DNA of 64,000 nucleotides, taken from contig NC_042999.1 of NCBI RefSeq assembly GCF_006345805.1, positions 155,558,001-155,622,000 on the forward strand, given 5' to 3'. Position numbers and translations under genes: made by a program. Position 1 is the stretch's first letter; the number at the start of each line of letters is the position of its first letter. This DNA is from Octopus sinensis (lineage: Eukaryota). Positions 50,210 through 63,524 of this stretch are shown one piece after another. The notes beneath the pieces are model-generated. The model saw only the letters and a list, made by a program, of their open reading frames with translations. It did not search any database and was not told where the DNA came from.

Positions 50210-51614
50210 TAAAGAAGGATCAAATTTACATTTACGCATTTCTAAAAACATTATAGAACATAGTTCACATATTCTATTTTTGTCTAAGTAAAATAACTTA
50301 GTTATCACTAAGCTAGTGTTAGGAAAATAAATTGTGATTAAGGTTTGGTGGAAGATTTTAATTCAAAACTTATGAAAATAAGACATTTGTACTCAGAACC
50401 AGAGGTGGTTTCAGCCAGGTTGGTAATGAAAGGGTTAAACCAGTCATATCCAGCCCAAATATTCCACTTGTTTTTTGTTCTAACCAACCAGATCTGGCCT
50501 CTCGTGTCTACCCTATAATGTCACTCTAAAAATATGCAGTCATATCATCAAAATTTCGAAGTTGCGAGATAATGTGTGATTAATTCAAAACAGTGGGAAT
50601 AAAGATCACATAAAAAGAACCAACTGAACGTGGCCGATGCGTGTACCTCCTGACTGGCCCCTGTGGCAGTGGCACATAAAAAGCACTATCTGGATGTGAT
50701 CAATGCCAGGCCCGCCTGACTGGCTCCTCTGCCGGTGGCATGTAAAATGCATTCACTACACTCTCAGAATGGTTGGCGTTAGGAAGGGCATCCAGCTGTA
50801 GAAACATTGCTAGATCAGATTGGAGCCTGGTGCAGCCGCTGGCTTTCCAGACCTCAGTAACTATCCAACTCATGCCAGCATGGAAAGCAGACGTTAAACG
50901 GTGGTGATGATACATTTGGCAGAGTAATCTCAGTGCTAAAGGGTTAATGTAGTTCTTGGGGAAATTCAGTGTGACACACATTGTAACAAGGCTGGCCATT
51001 TGAAATTCAGGTACAACTCATTTTTGCCAGTTGAGTGGACTGGAGCAATGTGAAATAAAGTGTCTTGCTCAAGAACACAATGAGCCACTGGAAATTGAAT
51101 TCCCAACCACTAAGCCACGTGTCTTCGCACTACTAATTATTTTATTTCAATCAACTGCATTATGGAGACAACCAGGAGACTTGTGGTCCCCACCACTTAT
51201 AAGTACTTTTCTAAATGGGGTTTAAAATTGTTGAAGGCATGAGTGAGTCTTTAAAGGTTGCATAGTTACTCCAGCAGGTTTAATTGCTATTACGAGTGGC
51301 AATGCAGTAGATTTGGGTCTCTTGAGCTGTTGCCATAGTTCAAGAAAATGAAGCAAAAGAAGAGACGATAAAGAAAACAGACAAAAAAGTTGGTGATTAA
51401 AAACCCATTTCCTCAAATATTTAAGAAAGAAAAGAAGCCAGTGTTAATGTACTTAATGTCACCTGGGGCATTCAGGTGGGCAGATCCTTAACACCAAAGG
51501 GTTGACACTTTGAGGAGTCTTTATGAAGTAAACAAGTCTACACTGGTATGACCTGATCCACCTGCTCTCTGGTAACAAACACCACCTCCACTGTCAAGAA
51601 GCCATATATATATA

Positions 51615-53289
51615 CTAGCAGTATCGCCCGGCGTTGCTCGGGTTTGTTTCGACCCGCTGGAATTGTAATTTTGAAAAGTAAAAATTTTGTGAACATTTTT
51701 CTGGTCGAAATACACCGAAAAGTGGCGACACAGCAGTGAAAAAATCGTAAAAAATAGGGATTTTCATAGAAAAAAGCATCTTTTTGATGTAAATAATTTT
51801 TGGTGTTAACATGGTCTGATTTGAATTTTATGTTCTACGGAAGGAAGAGCAACCCTTCTTCTACCATACTCTCAATTTTGGTCAACTTGCGCCGCAGGGT
51901 CTCGGAGGAATAGTGTTAGTTGAAGGTTACCATTCTAGGTGCCTGAGTAACAACCTCGCGGATTTACAGATAAATGAATTAATTACTATTTTACAGAATA
52001 AAATTAAATAATTCTTGAAAATTAATTAATATTAATATTTTTTGAACAAAGTAAATAATTTTTAAAACTTAAATAATAATTTTTTTTACACAAACGCGAA
52101 CGGGGAAAAGGGGGTGGCGAATTCGATTTACATACCTAATTTTTTTTTTTTCATGACATTGTAGCAAAATAGTAGTGAATTATATAAATACCAGCAGTAC
52201 ATTTTTTCTTCTGGGGTATTTTTTTTCAACCTCGTCACATATTTGCCCCTTTCAATTTAAACAAAGTCTTAATTAAGCAATTACGGCAGCTTAGCAATGG
52301 TTTCAATACAGGCGTGACATCTGTATCTCAATTGTTCAAAACCCTTCGAATTTTTTCGCACGTGATGATATCATAGTGAAAACTTTCAATTACGCGCGCT
52401 TAGAAGTACGCTCGCAAATTAATACTACCAAAATTTTGAAGTTCGCGCTCCGCTTGTGTGTGTGTGTGTGCGTGCTTTAGGTGTACGTAGGTATGTGTTT
52501 TTGTGTGTGTGTGTCACTGAAGCCATACATACATATGTACATACATAATCTCTCTCTCTCTCTTTTCTCTCTCAGTCACTCACTACAAAAAGTGAATAAA
52601 AAAAGTTCAGTTATTTCTGTCTTTCACTCTGTCTGTCTCTTTACACACACTAACAAAAGCACTTCACTTACACACCACACTTTCTGTGTCGCACAACCCA
52701 TCAAACACACACACACACACACACACTCACGCACGCACACATGTACATCAATGCTTTCGGAGTGAAATGTTAAAATATTGAGTTTTCTTGAATTTTGTCT
52801 TAATTGGGGGTGAAATTGAAAGAAATATATTATGGCATGACCAAATGGAGTACTTTGAAAAATCTTAGGTAAACTCTAATTGAAGAAATTGTGTGAGGAG
52901 TAAATCGTTATGTATTTATTTGTTTCTGTTTGCTGTGTTTTTTAATTTTTTGAGTAGTGGTTTAAATACTTTCAGTTTAGTCTTCCTCAAATCACTCTGT
53001 CGCTATTTACTCTCTTCCAATTACTTTCATTTTATTCGTTGCACACTGTGTTTGTGCGTTTGCGTGTGGTGTAAACCACATTAAGAAAAGCATTTGACAT
53101 ACACACCAGAATGTGAGTTTTCTGTAAATTTTGCTTAATTGGGGTTGAAATTTTAAAAACCGGACCTGGCAAAACCCGATGCATTCTACTCTTAAAAATG
53201 CTAGGTAAATTGTAATTGAAGAAATCCTATATTGTAGATTTCTATAACTAACAAAGGGAGGCAGATAAAATCTGCCTTTTATAATAAGA
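51615..53289 (-). mobile_element. 1.7-kb non-autonomous Helitron
   Basis: Minus 3' end CCCGAGCAACGCCGGGCGATACTGCTAG|T identical to the 49029 copy; 5' A|TCTTATTATAAAAG at 53289. Confidence 0.75.
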
Positions 53290-53300
53290 TATATATATAT

Positions 53301-53580
53301 ATATATAAAAAGATGGAGGTGGAAATAGCACAGAAGTAAGTCTAAGACATTTCAGTTTAAGAAGGAATTTAATAAAAATGATTTTAAAAATAACAATTGC
53401 AGCGTGGAAGGTGTTTGTAAGCCATTTAAGAAACGCACAAAAGCTGTTTGATAAAATGAGATTCATCAAAACCGGTAATATTTTCTTAATATAATTTTAA
53501 AATTCATTTTCATTAAATTCCTTCTTAAACTGAGATATCTTAGACTTCTGTGCTATTTCCACCTCCATCTTTTATATATA
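53301..53580. mobile_element. MITE with ~65-bp TIRs
   Basis: ATATATAAAAGATGGAGGTGGAAATAGCACAGAAG..AGTTTAAGAAG and its reverse complement at 53521-53580. Confidence 0.85.
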
Positions 53581-55204
53581 AAAATTTGATTTGTATAGCT
53601 CCCTAATCTTCTTTCAACTTATATATATGTATGTATATAGCTACGTGTTTGTGTTTTTTATAAAATGTATGTTTAAATCATCATCATCATCGTTTAACGT
53701 CCGCTTTCCTTGCTAGCATGGGTTGGATGGTTCAACTGGGGTCTGGGAAGCCCGAAGGCTGCACCAGGCCAGTCAGATCTGGCAGTGTTTCTACAGCTGG
53801 ATGCCCTTCCTAACGCCAACCACTCCGAGAGTGTAGTGGGTGATTTTATGTGCCACCGACACATATGTTTATATCTTTGTAAGCCTAGTACTTATTCTAT
53901 CGGACTCTTTAGCTGAACTACTAAGTTACGGGGGATGTAAATACACCAGTATTGGTTGTCAAGTGATAGGGTGTGTATGGTGGGGGGGCGGACAAACCTA
54001 CATACACATATATAGATACAATGAGCTTCTTTCAATTTCCGTCTACCAAATCCATTCACAAGGCTTTGGTTGGCCTGAGGCTATAGTAGAAGACACTTGC
54101 CCAAGGTGCATGTAGTAGAACTGAACCTGGAACCATGTGGTTGGTAAGCAAGCTACTTACCACACAGCCACTCCTGTGCCTGTCCAACCCATGCCAGCAT
54201 GGAAAACAGACGTTAAACGATGATGATGATCATAATCATCATCATTTAATGTTCACTTTCTATGCTGGCATGAGTGGGACGGTTTGACAGGAGCGTCCAG
54301 GCAGAAACCTGCACCAGATTTCTGTGACTGTTTTGGCAGGATTTTTACAGCTGCATGCCCTTCCTAACATCGGCCACTCAGCAGAGTGGACTACTACGCA
54401 CGAACATCTGCTGAGCTCAGCAGATGTGTGTGTCTGTGTGTCTCTGGTTCTGTTTCCTCATTTTGACATTGCATCATTGTTGCTGGCATGGGTTTGATGG
54501 TTTGTCAGGAGCTGTGCCAGACTCCGTTGTCTGCTTGGCATGATAGTTGTAAATAAATGTCACTGTCATTTCCAATATTCTTCCAGAACATGTTTCGCAA
54601 TGGGGGAAATATTACCTTGCTTGGAAACAGGTGAGGAGGGTAGACAGCAGGCAGGGCATCTGTTTGTAGAAAATATGCCTGAATAAACTTTCTCTGAATT
54701 TATTGAGATTTTCTACTGTCAAGCGAGGTAATATTTCCCCTTGGCCAGACATGTTTTGCACAGAAGACTGGTAATGAACAACATTGCTTATGTGACATTT
54801 AAAACCATCATGTGATGTCAGGATAAGCGTATGTACACACACACACAATGAGCTTCTTTCAGTGTTTGTGTACCAAATTGATTGATAAAGCTTTGGTTGG
54901 CCTGGAGCCATGCCTCCAACTTTGATAATTGATTGTTTAAAATGAGGTCAAGTTCTCCTTTAAGCATTTCTCACTGAAAATATATAATGTTGTCTTTTTC
55001 TTTTTCTCTCTTAACAAGGGTTGCCTTTCATGTTAAATTATAGAGGTTTCTTTTAAAATACACCCCTTGATGTTTACAGCAAAGGAGACCACCCCTCCAC
55101 TCAACTCAGACTTTTTGAAATCTTATTTATTATTCAGAGTTATATATATTTCCTGTCTTGTCATATGTTAATTAACTTGATTTGTTCTACTTGATTAACT
55201 TTAG

Positions 55205-55297
55205 GATGGGATTAGCTCACCCATGGCAATATTTGTCTATTTATTTGCTGGGGTCATCATTAGTTTAGCTGTATTTGTGTTTCGCTGTTTGAACTGA
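55205..55297 (+). CDS. candidate exon encoding a single transmembrane helix (DGISSPMAIFVYLFAGVIISLAVFVFRCLN*)
   Basis: Acceptor tttgttctacttgattaacttttag in non-repeat sequence, phase-0 frame with an ~20-aa hydrophobic run; an alternative ATG frame exists. Confidence 0.35.
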   Translation, partial: DGISSPMAIFVYLFAGVIISLAVFVFRCLN

Positions 55298-58200
55298 TAA
55301 ACCCTACACGTTAAAAGTTCCGCTTCATTCATCTGCATTGCGTCTGTTCTTTGAACCAATTTGAATGAGAAGCAGTGTTTTTATGTAGTTTCACACACCG
55401 TCTAGTTAATCATCATCATCATTCAACCAAACCTTTGTAAGTGGATTTGGTAGAAGCTTGTTGTGTGTGTGTTGGTTGCGGGGAGGCTTGTTCTGATACA
55501 AATGAGCATCACCACCATACAAGAAATATTTGTAGTTTTCTGCAAGAAACATGTCTGACTATGGGAGAAGTGGATGATGGTGATGATGTTTTATGCTAGT
55601 ATGGGTTGGATGGTTTGGCAGGATCAAATGAGACCAAAGGCTGCATCGTGCTCCCATGTCTACTTTAGCATGGTTTCTCCAGTTGAATGCCCTTAATGCA
55701 TTGTCACTATGCAGCCTACAAGACTAAGGCCCTCTTTGACTGAGCAGGGCCATAGTAGAAAGGGTGGTGTTTTTATGCTATGAGATCGAAGGGTAAAAGT
55801 GTGAGAGAAGGGCCAGAACAGAACAGATTTGTTGCTGTGGAGGAGTTACAATGTTTCTCACATTATAGAAGAGAAGGTGATAGTGGTCGAACTAGAATGA
55901 GATAGAAACAGTGGTAATGAGGTGTCAGGGTGGACCCTGCAAGTTATGAAGTGAGGATAGGAAGTGTAGATGGATACTGTGTGTTTGTGTGTACAATTGT
56001 ACATATATTACCTTAGTACCTCTGAGGGAATTTTCAGGGCTGGTTCTTATCTCTAATTTCACAATCTACAACAAGGCTCAGAGAAAATTCTTTCTATGGA
56101 TAGGACACCAGTCTATTTTTATGTCAGCTTTCCAGATTATTTGATTGCCACCTCAGTCAAACTGTCCAGCCCATGCCAGCATGTATGGTAACAAAAAGGT
56201 TAAGGTTGTTCTATTTAATATGTTTGGTTGTTATTTTCATGCTGTTTTAACTTGGTGGAGCTTGTATTTAGAATAAATGACTTGACCTGAAGTATGTTTG
56301 CAAGCTCTAATGACTATTAGAATGAGAGATAAGATATACAAACACACAAAGACAGGCTATTCAAATAAGGAGAGAGAGAGAAAGAAAGAAATAGATGTAA
56401 AAAAAACAAAACTAGACTCAATGGAATAATATTCCTTTGTTGATAAAGATATGGTACTTCTTTCTTACACAAAGGACTAATTTATTCATTTACTGAAGTT
56501 ATTTTCTCTTTGCATGATCATATATTACTGACACCCATCATTCCTTCCTTATATTCCCTAGCTCTATCTCTTCCAACACTAAGTCATCATATAACTGTCT
56601 ATCACTCTCTGTCTTTCTCTCTCTCTCTCTCTCTTTATTTTCATTAATCTCTTCTACCACTTTCAGTCTTATCTCTCTGGTTCTATCTTATTCTTTCTAA
56701 TTTACATCTCTTCTTCATTCACTATGCCCAGCTCTCACTCCCCAATCCTGTCCTCACACCCCTGCTCCTCTGTATCATTGCTATCCAGTAGCCCCTCCAA
56801 CTCTATATATACCTAGGTCTTTCTCGCTGCTTACTCATACTCTTTAATCACACTCCCTTCACAATATCCTGCCACTTATATTATGGCATTTGAACCTCAT
56901 GGGTATGCTCTGGCATTTGCCACCATTTGTATCTCTCTCTTCCTTTACTCAACCATTTCATTTATACTCTGAATATCATTCCTTGTGAGCATGCTTAGCA
57001 TTTTGTGACCATCTCCATCCTGCAGTCTCCCAAACCGACTCTTTCTCTCTCTCTCTTGCACTTCCCTCAGACTGTGCAACTGTGTATTTTCTTTGTGGTA
57101 GCACACCTGTTGCTGTTTTCATCCTTGATCTTCGGCTGAGTAACCTTGTACTTCCTCTTCAGCAAGACACCTGTATCTGTCACACTATAACCTTTTCATC
57201 ATCACCTCCTCCAATGCTTCCTCCCCTCTTAAAAGTTTTTGTCTTGCAAGGTACTTGGTGACCCTGTCAGTGCAGGTACCATTTAAAAGCACTCAGTCCA
57301 CACTGTAAAGTGGTTGGAGTTAGGAAGAGCATTCAGCTGTGAAAACCTTGCCAAAACTGACCTTATTTGTGCTTGTGCCATGTAGAAAGCACTAATTCCC
57401 CTCTGTTGAGTGGCTGGTGTTAGGAAGGGCATCCAGCTGTAAAAATCCTGCCAAAACAGTCACAGAGGGCTCTTGTGAAACCATCCCACCCATGCCAGCA
57501 TGGAACATGGACGTTAAATGATGATGGTGATGATGAGTACCACCCTCCCATTGCAGGTTCTCCTATTTCTCTCCTTTTTACTGCCTTGCTCTTCTGTTCA
57601 ATCACCTGGCTGTCTCTCTGTTTTAACCCCTTTACCAACAGTTATTATGCGGCCATTCACCCCCCTCTCTTTCCTCTATCACTGTCTGTTTTCTCTCACT
57701 CCAGTAACATCGATCAATAATAAGACACCCATTTCTTCTGTCTATCATAGTTTAACTTCTCATCACCTGGCATGAAGCCACATCCTTTGATATGATTCCC
57801 CCTCTCAGTTGAGGAGCCTTTGTGTTGCAAGCTACTTGGTGACCTTGCTACTGCTTGTACTGTGTAAAAAGCACTCTTTACGCTCTGTAAAGTGGTTGGC
57901 ATTAGGAAGGGCATCCAACCAAAGAAACCATGTCCAAAACTGATACCTTGGCGTGATCCTTTAGCTCACCAGTTTCTATTAAACCATCCAACCCATGCCA
58001 GTATGGATAACAGATATTTAAGTATGTGAGACAACTTCAGACATAGTTTGGTCTTATTCTAACCTCATCAGCCAGTCATTGTTTCGCCATATTTGTCAAA
58101 GCAGTGATGAATGAATCACTAAATGCATGCATAATTTGTTGGTTTAGAAAAATAGAATTATTTAGAGAATAAAGAATTTGCCAGTACCATTTACATGAAA

Positions 58201-59342
58201 ACCAAACAGTTAAGTTAGCATAGCCATATTTAATGCTGATATATCTACATGAATAAAAACATGTTGATGATTGTTATTTTAGGAGTTAGTAATTTCATCG
58301 GCCATGCTCGAATGGTGCTTTTCACATGCCACCGGCACAGGTACTAGTCAGCCTGCACTGACATTGGCCACGCTCAAGTGATGCTTTTTACGTGCCATGC
58401 TTGAATGGTGCTTTTTTTTTTTGGCTAACTTTAGAACTAGAGGATTGTATCATAGTACTAGAGATGGACCAGTGCAGGTTGGTATCAAAAAGGTTAATTG
58501 GATATTAGGGAATTTGGCTTTAGCTCAAATGATGACCTAGACAATTTCCTTATTGGCATAAGTGATAGTGGTCATAATGACAAGTCTTTAGAAATTCCTA
58601 ATGCCAACCACTTTACAGTGTGTAATGGGTGCTTTTTGTGTGGCACCCGCACTTCTGTGTAAATATGTCTCAAGCCATGAAAAATATTACTTTGCTTGGA
58701 AATGGGTGAGGGTTGGCAACAGGAAGAGCATCCAACTAAAAAAAACCTGCTTCAACAGCCTCCATCCAGCCAATGTGGGTGTGGAAAAGTGGACATTAGA
58801 ACGATGATGATATTAAGTTATTAAAAGGCAAAAAAGCATGTATACATGATTGCAGGAAGTTAAATAGTTTACAGTGCTATCTGATGTCAGTCTTGTGTTG
58901 CAGCAACTTTTGAGGCAATTAAGATTGAAATGCTTGCCATGTGCAAATATTTATACATGTTCCCTGAAGTTGCTTTTGTAGTTTTGGTTAAACCACACAC
59001 ACACACACACACACACACACAGTCTCTCTGTGTGTTCCTGTCTGTCTGTGTGTGTCTCTCTCTCATGTTTCAAATTCGAAGAAATAGGAACCATTTTTAC
59101 AGCATTATGGTGAGATCATGTGACACTAAAATCAAACATCTGCTAACAATTGTTAATTTATTTACTGTTCCTCTACTTCACCTCACTCCCACCCTGTGCT
59201 CATACTATGCAAGAAGACTATATGCAAAACCACAGACTCTGCTAGTATTGAGAAAGATATATATATATATATGTGTGCAGTCTAATCTAACCCATGCTAG
59301 GATTGAAAAACAGATGCAAAATGAATGATACATTCACAGTGG

Positions 59343-59385
<43 letters not shown>

Positions 59386-59409
59386 CAGACACGTGTGTGT
59401 ATATATATA

Positions 59410-59820
59410 GGACATACTCTATGGAGAGCTTGCTGGGGGCACTAGGTCTGTGGGAAGACCGTTCTTATGTTACAAGGATGTTTGCAAAAGGGACATGAAG
59501 GCCTGCAACATCAATATTAGCAACTGGGAAGCAGCTGCCAGCAACCGTGGAGATTGGCGACGTACCGTAAAAGAGGGAACACAAAGGAGTGAGAGAGGAG
59601 AAATGGAAAGACAAGAAAAGACGTCAACAAGAAACTATGACATTACAACCAGCCAGGAACAGTCTTCGCTACATTTGCGGCACCTGCCAGAGGGAGTGTT
59701 TGTCCAGGATAGAACTACACAGCCACAGCAGGAAATGTATTAGGATATGAAATGTAAAAGCCTGACTAGATTATTTTATGCGCAACTCCATTGTCTCCCA
59801 AGACAAAAAGGATGCCAACC
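59410..59820 (+). mobile_element. third RTE-clade (BovB-like) LINE 3' fragment
   Basis: ILYGELAGGTRSVGRPFLCYKDVCKRDMKACNI..WEAAASNRGDWR, and a frameshifted C-terminal Cys/His finger. Confidence 0.8.
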
Positions 59821-60271
59821 AACCAATATTTATATATATACACACACGTATAAATAAATGTATATAATAATGAACTTATTTTATACAGTGCTGAGATGCA
59901 TTACAACTCATCAGAAAGAAAATAACCAAAACTGCATGAACAATACGCACAGAAAGTGAACAGAGAATGAGTAGGTGGGGGTGGGGCATCAGGTATACTG
60001 TTGGCAAATGCTGAGAAGCATGGAACCATTGAAGGGTGCAGTGTCCTGAAATCTAACAGCTGTTTCTGAAAGTCATAGGTGCTCTGTTTTCTTGATTTTA
60101 ATAAGCTTGTCCCTGAGTATTAGATTTGTATGTTTTACTTGATGTATGTATTCTCATGCATATAGTTGCATATCTAGATATGCTCATGTATATTTAAATT
60201 ATAAACTTTCAGAAAGTTATACAGATTTTTATAGTTCCAGTGATGGATTAGATCTGTAGTCTTATATATAT

Positions 60272-60604
60272 ATAAAATCAAAGTGGATGACAGAAGGCTT
60301 TGTGAAGTGGAAAAAGCCTTTCTATATCATTGCAAACTTTTTTTTGAAAAACTATAACATTTACAAAAAAATATAACATTATCAATTTATTTGTGCCTCT
60401 GATGAGAGAAGTGAGACTATTTGTATTGGCTGGAAAACTTGCCCAATACAAACGCATTCCTCGAAACAATCATAAGGTTTTCTAATACTGTCTTTCTTTG
60501 GATTGCAATATCGAAGTGCCTGAAACTTAACATTTCGATGAACTTCTTATATATTTTGTAAAAGGAACTTGACCTACGATAATCTGTCATCCACTTTAAT
60601 TTAT
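60272..60604. mobile_element. candidate MITE with ~22-bp TIRs
   Basis: ATAAAATCAAAGTGGATGACAGA and TCTGTCATCCACTTTAATTTAT. Confidence 0.6.
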
Positions 60605-60844
60605 GTTATATTTTGTTCATATTGAGCAGTTATTAGGTGCGCTGCGACAAAGGTTTTCCTTTTTTCTTATTGTATATATATATATGTATGTATGTATGTA
60701 TATATTTCTCTCGAGTGTTTCAGCAGGTGTGTTTTTTTTTTGCTTTTACATATGTATTGGTCATTACTTGTTTCAACAAATGTGTGTGTACTTAAATTTT
60801 TTGTTGTGGGAGGGTTTTACCTGTGTCATTGAGTGTATTTAACC

Positions 60845-61200
60845 ATCTTGTAAAACACCTGTGTATGTTACTGTTTGATGTCTACCTTTGCGCTGTCTTC
60901 TTTTGCAAGTAAACTGTTTGCATTAAAGATTTGACTGCTATTTTCACTGTTTGATCAACCACAAAGAAGTCCCCTACATTAACTCAAACAACATCAAATT
61001 TTTATGACTGGAAGTTGGCTTCCCTCAGTCATGCATATTTTTTTGTCTTTGAAAACTTGTGCTTCTATTCTATTTTCAAACAGCATTGTGAGTTCAATCA
61101 AAATCAGTTGCTTTAACGAACTGGAATGGGGTACGATATCCGGCATCAAGCCACCTTTCCTGATGGTTTCTGGTGGTTTGGTTTTATTTCCAATGAAATA
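60845..61200 (-). mobile_element. HERO/NeSL-like RLE non-LTR retrotransposon 3' fragment, decayed
   Basis: Minus reading MPDIVPHSSSLKQLILIELTMLFENRIE..KDKKY matches PDIV..IELTVPWE..K..KY RLE motifs. Confidence 0.7.
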
Positions 61201-62519
61201 AATTCACTGTGATAGTTCCTTACGAGTGTTGGGCCTCAGACACAATGACTGAGACCTTTGGCATTATGTCGTGCTTGATAAGAAGACCCATCAAGCTGAG
61301 CAGAATCGCATTCATGGCAGATTCTGGTGCCATGCAAATTGGCACCCATGCTAGTGGCACATAAATGCACTCCAGTGTCACACAAATAGCGCCCTTGCTG
61401 GTGTCAAGTAAAACCACCCATTACACTCTTGGAGTGGTTGGCATTAGGAAGGGCATCCAGCCTTAGAAAACCGTGCCAAATGAGACTGGAGTCTGGTACA
61501 GCCTTCTGGTGTGCCAGCCCTGATCAAACCATCCAACACATGCCAGCATGGACAAGGGACGTTAATTGATGATGATAATGACTTGCCTAGTGTCATGCAG
61601 TGGGTTTGAACTTGAAACCACATGGTTGAGAAGTAAACCTTTTTAACCACACAGCCATGCTTGAAATAGTCAGATAAAATCATTAAATTCCTCACATGAA
61701 AGCATATCATTCCCTCAGGGCGGTGGTGGTGAAAGGGACTGGCTGAATATAAGGCCAGAATGCCTTTTACTTCATATTGTCACTGAGAATTTTCATTACA
61801 TTCTTTAGTTGAGGGCAATGGTGATGGGGGCGAGTATCATTTAAAAGGGTTTGTTATTTTCATTGATGGAGCAGAATGTAGGCTGACTTTTGACTTCTGA
61901 CCTCTGACACCTCTGTTACTTTTGCTTGTTGGACCCCTCTCTCAGCCAGTCTGTCTGTTACTGTCAATGTCATCATCATCATGCAGTTCTTTTAAGCCTG
62001 AAAATCTATCACCCGGCCCCCTCCCACCCCTGAAACAATACCCCCTCCTCCTTGGGAGGTGACAACCCAAAATGAAGGCGGGCAGTATTGCAGTAATGTG
62101 GTGTAAGGTTAAACTGGAATTTGCTCACACACCAGACTTTCTGTCGGGTATGTCATGTCCCTGATAAAGATTGGGGGAAATACATATGGTGGGGAGGTGG
62201 GTAGATGACATTGCATGACAGGTGTCACCATTAGATGAGAGAGAGAGATCTACTCTTGTTGTAAACCCCTTCACTACCTGGGGTTCTGTAGTGTTAGATC
62301 ACATTTCTCACTACACTACTGCTACCTTCATCACCGCCACCACCACCTTTTTCATTATTTTTACCTGAAAAATGACCCTCCTCTCTCCTCACTTTGTCAT
62401 CATTGCCAACTATTTGTCTGGTTGTTCAAAATTGAGAAATAGCAGCTAAATTTCCCTCATATACAAGTTTCTTAGAATATACAGGTCATATTAGATAGTG
62501 TAGTTCTCTGTCTCCTCCA

Positions 62520-62559
<40 letters not shown>

Positions 62560-62947
62560 AAAAAATGAAGTTCGAAAATGCTGCTGTATTATACAATTTT
62601 TAATTTTTATATATACATTATAACATGTTTCAGTTCCTGAAATGAACCTTATCAAAAAAAGTTATATATAAAAAGAGACAGCTCATGCCGTCAAACACAA
62701 GAAATTCATTTATAATACACAACGGAGTCAGACATCTTATAGTTCATGTATAGTTGATATATACTTTGAAGTATATGTTCAAAGTGTTCGATGCAGTGGC
62801 CCACGGTGGCGATACGTATTCAATACAAAAAACAGATCAAAGTGGTGGAAAGCGGTCAATACAGAAGATTGATGTTTCCGAAAGAGCGAGGAATTCATTT
62901 TTACCTTAAGCAATTGTGATGACCCATGGTGGAAGTTCGCTGGGTGG

Positions 62948-63007
<60 letters not shown>

Positions 63008-63009
<2 letters not shown>

Positions 63010-63176
63010 CACAGGAGTGGCTGTGTGGTAAGTAGCTTGCTTGCCAACCACATGATTCCAGGTTCAGTCCCACTGTGTGGCACCATGGGCAAGTGTTTTC
63101 TACTATAGCATCGGACCGACCAAAGCCTTGCGAGTGTATTTGGTAGACAGAAACTGAAAGAAGCCCATCGTGTATG

Positions 63177-63235
<59 letters not shown>

Positions 63236-63454
63236 ATATATATGTGTGTGTGTATGCCTGTGTTTGTCACCCCCCCCACCATCGCTTGACATCTGATGTT
63301 GATGTGTTTACATCACCATAACTTAGTGGTTTGGCAAAAGTGACCGATAGTATAAGTACTAGGCTTACAAAGAATAAGTCCTGGGGTTGCTTTGTTTGAC
63401 TAAAGGCTGTGCTCCAGCATGGCTGCAGTCAAACGACTGAAACAAAACAATAAA

Positions 63455-63457
<3 letters not shown>
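63008..63457 (+). mobile_element. SINE family B, full length
   Basis: Head, body and tail as at 11155. Confidence 0.85.
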
Positions 63458-63508
<51 letters not shown>

Positions 63509-63524
63509 CACACACACACACACG

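Noticed and set aside
57110-57175. Minus exon-like GVLLKRKYKVTQPKIKDENSNR
   Set aside because: Embedded in a pyrimidine-rich body that runs into the shared RTE-type 3' module; probably repeat-derived
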